A DNA stretch of 59,477 nt, filler included, from Sphacelaria rigidula (Eukaryota), in assembly GCA_964200075.2 (NCBI GenBank). It is 5 parts of 5 records of this genome, joined end to end, with 100 filler letters (N's around TTAATTAATTAA, not from the genome) between each part and the next. Parts side by side here need not be neighbours in the genome. Positions count along the whole stretch, not along the records: positions 47,665 to 59,477 come from CAXNAA020004469.1; 4 more parts are not named here. The stretch is one strand, 5' to 3'. The notes beneath the pieces were generated by a model. That model was given only the letters and a program-made list of their open reading frames with translations. It searched no databases and was not told the DNA's origin. Below are positions 50,267-59,477 of this stretch, one piece after another. The translations under genes were made by a program, and so were the position numbers. Every line of letters begins with the position of its first letter. Position 1 is the first letter of the stretch.

Positions 50267-51530
50267 CTTCACATTAAAACCGTTCCGATATTTGCGCGGT
50301 ACATTCGTACTCGGCATTTGATGCAGACGCCTTCCGTGGTCACAGGCAGTAGTGTGTGATTTGTAATCTGACATCATGGAAGTGGCGGTACAACACGCAG
50401 CGTGATGCTTCGGTGGCACAATAACGGTTCTTAATCGCGCAAGAGGCAAGAAGCAAAAGAGGTACATAGTTGATCACAACGCGAGGTGTGATGCGTGATA
50501 CAGAGTGTGTTATTCAAGCCGGTGATATACCAAAGTATATTTCGCGGCCTCTATTGCATCATGTTTCGCTCGAAATTGAGCATTTTCCCCGACTCTGCGC
50601 ACTGCGCGCTACAAACGCACTCCTCATTGTTCAAGAACAAACGCGCCAAACCTCGAAACTGCGCGATAAATAATGAATGAAAATGCGTGCTCGCTTTTTC
50701 TGTTCTTCATGCCACACAACGGAAAACGTCGGCAGCATACGTCCACTTTCTTCATTGTTGGATGCACAGCGAAATATAAACTCCAGGCACTCAAACGCCA
50801 GAGCAATATAATTCAAAAGCTTGTAGAAAACAAATGGATATGATGATAAAGGGAAATGACCATAATCTACCCTTACACGCGAAGCACTGCCGCCGACTTA
50901 AAACATTCACGAGGCATCCGCGGTACTTTTTCGCCCCCTTTTTGATGTCTGCTGTCTGCACACGAGTTAAGTCCAAAGTACCAACTGAAACTTGCAAGCA
51001 CTGTAGAAACGCCGGACACATTAAAACAAGTTGGCCCCACTGCGGCGATCGCTCATGAGCGCTTTTCGTTTTTGGCCCTCGGGTTTGCCCATCTTCCACC
51101 CGACTCCGTGGCACCCATGAAGAAATACCAAGTTGTTGACCGCTTTAGTGGCCAACCTGTTGCGCAGCTCTGCGCTACCGCCGTTCAAAAAGCCGAAAAT
51201 CTGAAGGCAGCTCATGTTGCAGACCGGTGTGTTTCGCAGCAAGTGGGTGTGCCGTGCGCGGATTATGCGTGTGTGGCTTGTGTGTGGTGGGTCGTGGGCG
51301 GTTGGGTGGTGGGCAGTGGGCGGAGACGTGTGAAAAAGGGGCGACGATATACCGCCTAGCACCTCTCCGGATAAATAATACATGAATATTTCGACGATAT
51401 CAAAATCCGATATCGATATTGATATTGATACATATCGACAATATAGGCTTGGAAACCGGCGATATCGATGAGCTGTATCGACCATATTCATCGAAATCGT
51501 ATAGAGTATCGATATCCGCTTTTCAACACT
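49965..51530 (-). mobile_element. Decayed hAT-like DNA transposon
   Basis: Both ends (49965-50120, 51385-51530) are packed with CGATA/TATCG motifs. Internal minus-strand LRNRLATKAVNNLVFLH (~51115-51170) resembles the hAT C-terminal dimerisation domain. TIRs are only approximate. Confidence 0.6.
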
Positions 51531-51943
51531 TCGTCGCAGGCGACAATGAGTATGAGCGAACGGTGGACATAAAAAAACAAAAAAACCCGTGCAGGTGCAT
51601 GTACCTACCTACCCCACCCCCGGCAGTACATCCCCATACCTACACTTCATACTTCGCATGCTCTTCGATATCAGTTTCAGTGCAAAGCGCCACTCGTCAT
51701 CAGTGGGTATTCGAGTAGATGAGTAGTCGGGTAGGTATCGTAAAAATAGGAGACGCTATGGGCCACACATCTGACTCCTCTGTGGGAGACCCAGCGGTGG
51801 AAACGGTGGAAGATGTGGGAACACCTCAACCTTCGGGAGGGGAAACAATAGAAAAAGGCGCGACGGGATCAGGAGTGATATACTTGACCCCGAAACAGGC
51901 CCCGGTGATCCGTGTTGTATAGGCGGTTTGGGTATCCTGGGAA

Positions 51944-52150
51944 CGATAGCCCCCTCCAACCAGCCCAATAGTGTCACGAATGAAATGGTCGTACAGCGCC
52001 TGATGTTTGGGTTCAGGCTGCATGAAGCGCCTCATAAGGTCGACATTGGCGAGAACGAAGCCAAGCGTGTGAATTCCTAGTTGGTAGTTGTGCTCGGCGT
52101 TTTCAATTTCGAATTACGTGAAAAGTTTGCCTCCCCAAACCAGGCACTTT
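51944..52150 (-). pseudogene. Coding-derived fragment of an unknown protein, copy 2, truncated at the copia LTR
   Basis: KCLVWGGKLFT*FEIENAEHNYQLGIHTLGFVLANVDLMRRFMQPEPKHQALYDHFIRDTIGLV; aligns to copy 1. Confidence 0.45.
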
Positions 52151-52622
52151 TGTTTTGGATGTGTTGCTGTACACCCACATATGGCTGCAGTCTAGACTGA
52201 CGCTGGTGGGTGTTCAGCTACCGTGCGAGCTGTGACTCAACTGTTCAAGGAGAAAGATTTGATGTTGAATGGGCGCTTACGGCCAACACAGACCTGTAGC
52301 GTACAATGGGCTGTCGAAGTCCAGTCGAGAAGTTCGAGAAGTGAAGAGTGAAAGAGTAGGCCTCGCGATGTGCTCGTGAGTTCTCTTGTGCTCCTCTTCT
52401 CAAGAGTTCGTATCTTAATCCTATCACAGATTCTTGATCGTACTGGACCGTAACTCAGATCGATCTGCAGTGTACTTGTTCTAGACGTACTCTAGAGAGT
52501 TCCTGTATTCGACGTTTTCAACCGACAGCGGTTGCTCAACATAAACACCAAACGACACATGCTACCTGCGCTGTGTTGCTGAGCATTGTCTAGATGGTCT
52601 ATACCAAAGTCTATCCCTAACA
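52151..52622 (-). repeat. 3' LTR (472 bp, TGTT...AACA)
   Basis: The first ~222 bp match 59205-59426; the copy is bordered by the PPT. Confidence 0.9.
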
Positions 52623-52632
52623 CCCCCCTCAA
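52623..52632 (-). promoter_or_regulatory. Polypurine tract
   Basis: Minus-strand TTGAGGGGGG lies immediately before the LTR's TG. Confidence 0.8.
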
Positions 52633-53588
52633 TGGAAGTTGCCTGCGCACAAAATACCCCGTGTTACCTGGTTGTCAATTGCACCTAATCAACTCCAATG
52701 ACTACCTCACCTACCCCCCCTCAAGTGCCAACTTGATATGATCCTTCTTACCATCGAGCTTACATTGGCACGATACCTGAGGAGAAATCAATGCCAATGT
52801 ACCGAGCAAGTTTTCAATTGATTGATTGATTGATTGATTGTCGCACTTTAAGTGACCCCCCAGGGATCCAGCCGTGGTCTCATGATAGACGTACTCAAGA
52901 AAAACGGAATTCAAACACCCTCTAAGGGGAAAAAAATAAAATGAACAGAAAACATCAGGAACACATTTGCTTTAAGAATTTCCACCTGCTTGCCATGAAC
53001 CAAACCAATTCCATTTCTACTTCAACAGCAATGAATGCTGGTTGTTGAACAATTCTCATCCTATGCATGAGTTACATTTGCCTTGTGAAGATTACAAACT
53101 ACACGCGGATGTTGTTGTACCTTTAAAACGACTACTTATACTCTCTGTGCAATACCGGTACTGCAAGAAAATCTCACGGGATTATTGAAAACCAAAACAA
53201 GAAGACGAGCATGCAATAGATCTGGCAGCACTTGCAATGCCTTTCATGACACAAACTCGATAACGACTAATGAAACCGCCATTTACATATTCCAGCCCAG
53301 ATTGATGCGCTCAGAGTACTTCTAAGTACCGTCAATCGTTGACACAGATGCTCAGCCCCCCCACCCCCCCCCCCCCCCCCCCCCCCCCTCCCGCGGTGCG
53401 TTTTTTGTGGGTGGCGTGCATTGCGGGTTCTTNNNNNNNNNNTCAATATCCAGTTCACGGGGGTGCGCTTCGACGACTTCTTATGTACGCTCATTGGGGA
53501 CGGACAGTGGCCGCCCCCCCCCCCCCCCCCCTCGTTCATTTCCTGTGATGATGATGTGATCGACGTCGAAGATTCTTGACCAAGATTT

Positions 53589-56500
53589 TTATCGCTGTTC
53601 AGGCTCCGAGTTCTTGATATCCTTGACGAGGTACCGGTGACGCTTCTTGTTGAGGTGTTTCGTTCCGATATGAGCAAGTTGATTCTCCGTTGATACGTAG
53701 TGGATCTTGATCTTGCCCTCCTTAAACATTTCGCGGATGTAGAAGAAACGTAAGGCTACGTGCGTCGTGCGAGCGCTGAAAGTCCGATTGCCGAATAGAT
53801 GGAGCGTAGCTGTGTTGTCGACATATAGTGGCACGTTGTCAAACTCCGCCTCGAATCTCAACTCCGTCATCATATTCGAGCAGACCACCGCCTCCTTTAT
53901 CGCTAGTGCTGCAGCCACCGTCTCGGCTTCCATCGTCGACATGGCCGTGAGACTCTGCAGCCCTCACTTGAAGCTCACCGGGGCCTTTGCCATCATCATG
54001 AAGTACGATGACATTGGCTTGCCGTTGTCGGGGTTGCTGACCCAGTTAGAATCCGAAAATCCTGTGCGGGCAAATCCTCCCTTCTTGTAGGTGATACTGA
54101 AATCCGTCGTGCCGGCGAGGTAGCGAAGAAGATGCTTTGCCCCAGCCATGTGAATCTTTGGAGGTTTCGACATGGCCCCAGAGCTGGCTGGTGGCGTGCA
54201 TGCAGTCGTAACGAGTGACCTGAGTAAGATACATCACTGAGCCAGTGATGGCCTGGTAGCGCTGTTTATACCCCGCGTTGAGAAGCTTCTCCTCCGGTTG
54301 TTCCAGCGACATCTCCGCACCGAACCCGGGTGTGCTCAGAGGACTGCAGTTTCCCGTGCCGAACCTCTCCAGCACAAACTTCGTGTAGTTCTACTGGCTG
54401 ATGATAAGTGTACCATTCTCGCGGTGCCGCGTGACCTGATAACGAGAACGAGTGACACGTTCCCCATGTCAGTCATCTTGAAGCGTCTTATCAGCTTCTT
54501 CTTGATGACCTCGAGCACCGGGATGTTTCCTCCAAGTGAAAAAACGTCGTCAACGTAGAGCGTAAGGAACGCATGTTTCAGACTTGAGAGGCACGAATCC
54601 AATTCCCATAAAATACGAGTCGATGGTGCCCCACCAGCTATGTGGACTTTGAGCCAACCCGTAGAGACTCTTGTGCGATTTTATCACGAGCGGAATTCCC
54701 GCCTTCTCTGTGGTCTCGTAGCCAAGCGCCATCTTGACATACACCTCCTCCTCGACGTCCGCGTTAAGAAACGCCGTTTGCATGTCCAGCTTGTAGCCTC
54801 AGTCCATCTCCGTCGCTATGGCGAGCACCATGCGGATACTCTGCAGTCTGGATACCGAAGCGAAAGTGCCACCCCAGTCCCTGCCTGGCAACTGACTCCA
54901 ACCCTGGGCTACCAAGCGCTTCTTGTGAGTTCCGTCGGCCTTAGTCTTATACATCCATCTCGACCCGATCGTCTTAATTCTCGGAGGAATCTTGGAGGAA
55001 GGTACCAGGGAGTAAACCCCGAGTTCCTGCACACTCTTTATCTCCTTGTCGGACGCAGCTTTCCAGTGTTGTGTTTCCGATAGCTCCATAGCCTCCATAA
55101 AGGTGTTCGAAATTGTTGTCACCTTTTCCCCCTCCGAACGACATTGCAGTTGGGTATTGGTGGCGGCGAGGGCGTACTCTACAAAATGTAGCGCGTTCTC
55201 GTGGTGGGCAACGTCCGCCACCACCTCCTTGGTGTAGTATGCTAACGAATTGAGTTCACGCAAAGTTGCCGCGCTAACTCCATCGTCGGGCGTGTTGGGA
55301 TTAGCGAGAGGTTGACCGCTGGACCGTGTCGCCGGGTATCCCGGCGCACTCGATGTTCGGGCGGAAGGGATGCTCCGCGTCTTGAACGAGAGGAACCTGC
55401 TGTAGTGGACGAAGAGGCCTCTTCTGAGGCATTTGAAGATGCTCCTCCTGATTCTTCACTCGGCATAGCTTTCGCCGGTGAACTCTTCCCAGGCGATGTA
55501 GGCCCTGACCCGGCGCGTAAGCACAGATTACGAGCGGTAATTTCGTGGATTTCCTCCACAATGTTCCGAAGTCCGTCGTTATCCGATCCCGATAGATCGA
55601 TCCCCGCAGTGTGGTTGAGCGGCGAATTGAGGTCAAGGCGTGAAGTGCAGTTCCTCACGTCTCTCGCAAGTTGGTCATGGTTCTGGTACGTGAAATCAGT
55701 GTCGTTGAAATCGCCCGTCAGTTCCGGAGCCCGCGGGGTAAACGGCGTCTCGACAAAAATGACGTTCCTGCTCTCCCTCACGTTTTTCTTTGCTGGATTG
55801 TAGATCCGCAACGACTTGATGTTCATGCTGTACCCACACAGCCGTATTTCCCAAGCCTGAGGGTCGAGCTTCTTGGTGTGCGTTTCAACGTGAACAAACA
55901 CCCTGCCCCCGATGACCCCAAGATGTCCAAGGTTTGCTTCCTTGCCGTAAAAGCTTTTGTACGGCGTGACATCCGCCAGTGCTGTATGCGGCGCCCGGTT
56001 CGCTAGGTATACCGTGGTTTGCATGAGTTCTCCCCACAGAAAATTCTGCAGGCCGAAGTTCGTAAGAAGGCAGCGCACCATCCCGGCGAGAGTCCTCCGG
56101 TCACGCTCGCAGGCACCAATCTGCTATGGTGTGTTTGTTCAGGCGAACTTGTGTCGAATGTCAGTCTGAAGACAGGAGTCCTTGAACGTATCACCGGTGT
56201 ACTCTCCGTCTCTATCCGTGCGGAGGCGCTCAAATTGCAACTCACTAGGAACTACGAGCGCTTGTACGAACATTTTGATAGAGTCAAGAGAGTCGATCTT
56301 GTCCTTGGCGAGGAATATCTCCTTCCACTTGGTCACCTGGTCGGTGAACTTGCTGACGTAGTTGTAGCCCCCCAACGCAGGAGTGATGGGCCCCATAAGG
56401 TCGGTGTAGACTAGTTGAAAGGGACATATGACGTTGTAGGTAGCTTCTTTGGGGTGAGATTGCTGTGTGCGTTCCCCGATGGAACAGACATCGCAAGCTG

Positions 56501-58236
56501 ACACGTCCCCATCGTAGTTGACGCCGTTGTCGTCCACCTTCTTTAAGACATCCAGACTCCTGCGGTTGACGTGTCCCACGCGCCGGTGCCACAGGTTCGC
56601 CGACTCTGCTCGCATGGCCGTTCCCGTTGTTACACCCGTCAGGTCCAACGAGAAGAAGTACAACAATTCGTCGCCCTCAAACCGTTTCAACGGCAGAGTG
56701 ATGCTTCCCATCTCCACGCGCGATTGAACAGAGTCGAAAATGTTAACAGTCTCCATGTTTGATGCCGCAGCTACTGAAAACAGGCGCCGTCCCACACCAG
56801 GCACGATGATGACCGAGAGTGAAACCGGGTGCTCCCCCCGTCTTGGTCGGTGACCGTATCAGAAATGGTGCCCGCCGTGACGCCTTCCACAATGTGTGTA
56901 CCAGCGGCAACAATCCTGTGAGACCGCTTCAGCTTCGCTAGATTTATCATCCGGCGTTGAATTCCGGGAGCGAGGTCGCTGTCCAGGTAGTGTCCAGATG
57001 CACCGCTATTCACCAGCATGATCAGGGATGTGCTGTTGATGCCGTCCCCGATGTGCCCCACCGAGCCCAAAGCCGTTGGCGTAGCCACGTATGACCCCCC
57101 ATCCGGAACTTCGCCAAACGCCCCCAAAGAATCCCCGAGTATCTGCAGTCCGTTGCTCAAGTGTTTTGTCAGGCGTTGGTCCAAGAACGAAGACTGACTT
57201 GTCGGTCTCTTCTGCCTTCTTGAACTTCTCCACCTCGTTCACGAGCGTAGTCCCGACAGATATGAAGGAAAATCCAAACGCTGGCTGTTCGGGTTCTGCT
57301 GTCTGGCCAATTCGCGCGCTGCCGACGTTGGCAAAGTTGAATCTGTTAGCTTGTTCCTTCTTTGTAGCCTCCTGCTTGAAGCACTGCTCGTCGCTGTAAC
57401 GTTTTGTCTTGTGTAAAGAACACCACTTACTTGGAATTTCCGTCTCCTCCTTTCTTCCAGTGCTTCTTGTTTTGCCTCTGCTGTTGTTGGTAGTTGAAGC
57501 ACTGGATGCTGCTGAGGTCGCCGTGCACCGCCTGCATGGCTACGCCACGGCCCACAACAGATTTTGTGGACACGCGAGAAAGGTTGTCGATAAACATGTT
57601 CCACATGCCGAACTTTATCTCCTCCGATCCGTAGTTGCGGTCGTGGAAGCTTGTCTGTAGTACAAAGTCGTAGTCGTTTGTGATGGAGTGCAGAATGATG
57701 TCCTCGTAACCCTCGTCAGAGACCACCTCTCCCATGTCATGCAGCCGGGCCCGAACGTCGTCCATTTTGTAAAAAAAGTCCTCCGGATCCTGTTCATGCT
57801 GCATCTTCGTATTGCACGGCTCATCGTAGCATGCTCGTCGCGTCTTTCGTGTAGCCGTCAGATTTGCCCGCAAGGGCTTTTCAGGTAGCAATCTCATCGC
57901 TGACTTCCTCCCCCTGCCTCCGGCCCTCGTTCTGTCGCGCGAGGATGTTCGCTGACCCGGTGGTGGTGAGGTACTAATAAAAAAGACGTCTTGATTACCA
58001 CGCTGCCATTTTTCAATGGCTTGCGCGATCGGTGGAGGCGCTCCTACAGTTTCGCCCAGCAGCTGCCCTTCTGCTGGCTCCGGGCATTCCTTTCCCTCCA
58101 AAATATCGAAGAGGAACTTGTTTGAACAATTGATTACTGCCCGAACTTTTGACCGCCATTCGCGAAACAGTGTTCTCGTTCCGTCGAACTTGGGGATTGA
58201 CTTCAGAGTTGTTTGTACGTTGAATGCTTGTTCCAT
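53589..58236 (-). pseudogene. Frameshifted copia gag-pol polyprotein
   Basis: gag (IPKFDG; KMQHEQDPEDFFYKMDDVRARL); protease LVNSGASGH (catalytic D to N); LWHRRVGH..CDVC; integrase LVYTDLMGP and LRTDRDGEY; KKLDP; RT KKRLVAQGWSQ, TAFLNA, LYGLAQSP, LYVDD; RNase H GFSDSNW, STMEAE, VDNTA, NQLAHIGTK. The sequence is split over ~10 ORFs. Confidence 0.95.
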
Positions 58237-58269
58237 GATGTCGCAGCTGCTTCAACTGAAGAACTCTCG

Positions 58270-58855
58270 AAGTACCAGGCCGGACCCTAGGCACGATTCC
58301 AACGCCCCGAGAACGTAAGCACTCGACGCGCAAATGTGGTGCTGTCCGGATCTCGTTGCTACACGTCGTGCGTGCAGACTTCAAACGGCTGTACCGTAGC
58401 TGCTCCAGCTGGTGCAGTCGTATCTAGGTCTAAGCAAATCCTGCTGGAGACCAAATCCTAAGCACGATTCCAACGCCCCGAGATTGTGAAAATGGTCGAC
58501 GCGCAAATGTGGTGCTGTCCGGATCTCGTTGCTACACGTCGTGCGTGCAGATTTCAAATGGCTGCACCGTAGCTACTCCAGCTGGTGCAGCCATGTACAG
58601 GTCTAAGCAAACGCTGCTAGAAACCAAATCCTAAGCACGATTCCAACGCCCCAGGATTGTGAAAATTCTCGACGCGCGAATGTGGTGCTATCCAGATTTC
58701 GTTGCTGCACGTCGTGCGTATACGCGCTCACGACTGCAGCCAGCTACGCTGCAGTCGTTTCCCAGCTCGAAGCAAACTCTGCTGAACGAGCTAGATCGTA
58801 GGCACAGCTAAAGGTGCTGTCCAGATCTCGTTGCTGTGCGTCGTGGCGTGCAGGC
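58270..58855. repeat. ~172-bp tandem repeat, ~3.3 copies, in the copia 5' leader
   Basis: GCACGATTCCAACGCCCC at 58291, 58462 and 58635; partial fourth copy GGTGCTGTCCAGATCTCGTTGCT at ~58813. Confidence 0.9.
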
Positions 58856-59190
58856 TAAAATGGACAATATCCGACTGTATGCTACAAATTCTAACGCCCC
58901 GACGGCTGTACTCATCGCCGCGCAGAAACTGCAGATGCAAAACTCTATTCCTCGACAAAAGGCCGAAATGAAATGCCCCCGAACACGATGCACCAACCAG
59001 TTTGCTCGTCCCACTTGTTGTGCAGTATCTTGAATCTCAGCTGAGCAGACCAATATCCAGCCGCAGACGGATTGACTCAAAACTTCTCACGGTCTGTAGA
59101 ATTCTCGACACAGATCTTCGAAGCTCGCTTGTGCTGGATGCTCGAAGACGTCGCTCCTCGATATACCCCGCACTAGCGCCGCGCTGAAAC

Positions 59191-59204
59191 GATGGCTCAA
59201 AACC
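59191..59204 (-). promoter_or_regulatory. Primer-binding site, degenerate copia type
   Basis: Minus-strand GGTTTTGAGCCATC directly follows the LTR end AACA. It resembles the GGTTATGGGCCCAG half-tRNAiMet PBS of copia. Confidence 0.6.
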
Positions 59205-59426
59205 TGTTATGGATGTGTTGCTGTACACCCACAAGTGGCTGCAGTCTAGACTGACGCTGATAGATGTTCAGCTACCGCGCGAGCTGTGGCTCAACTGTGC
59301 AAGGAGAAAGATTTGATGTTGAATGGGCGCTTACGGCCGACATAGACTTGTAGAGTACAATTGGCTGTCGAAGTCCAGTGATGTAGTCGGAGAAGTGAAG
59401 AGTGAAAGAGTAGGGCTCGCGATGTG
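59205..59426 (-). repeat. 5' LTR, partial; homology stops at 59426
   Basis: Aligns to ~52151-52372 with about 21 mismatches by manual count. Confidence 0.9.
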
Positions 59427-59477
59427 TAATAGAAAGCCTCATGCACCGGGTACATTGTCGCGGGAAGTTGTAGGCCT

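Larger units (their letters stand above)
52151..59426 (-). mobile_element. Ty1/copia LTR retrotransposon, degenerate
   Basis: Two LTR copies, PBS, PPT and domain order gag-PR-IN-RT-RNaseH on the minus strand. Confidence 0.95.

Noticed and set aside
58270-58855. 172-bp repeats as a CRISPR array
   Set aside because: The whole unit is repeated with no unique spacers, and it lies inside a copia leader.

Overview
Eukaryotic, repeat-rich DNA, most likely a brown alga or other stramenopile (inferred from short GT-AG exons in long introns, tRNA-derived SINEs, a Ty1/copia element and many MITEs). The window is not one locus. It is five contigs of near-identical length (1-11817, 11918-23734, 23835-35649, 35750-47564, 47665-59477) joined by artificial N44-TTAATTAATTAA-N44 linkers. 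Reconstructed by hand: (i) 13 in-phase exons (453 codons, minus strand, 36753-45898) of the dynein-2/IFT intermediate chain WDR34 (DYNC2I2/FAP133). It carries an unexpected ~55-60 aa insertion whose core aligns without gaps to my recollection of the PCP_red domain of protochlorophyllide reductase ChlB/BchB. (ii) One exon of a CMC2-like twin-CX9C protein. (iii) Two in-phase exons of an unidentified gene. (iv) A degenerate Ty1/copia retrotransposon with all domains, one complete LTR and one partial LTR, PBS, PPT and a ~172-bp tandem array in its 5' leader. (v) LINE and hAT remnants, SINEs, piggyBac-like and other MITEs, foldback palindromes, a 43-bp-periodic array and a long compound microsatellite. 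Most entries of the supplied ORF track are spurious. No database searches were run; family assignments rest on recognised motifs.
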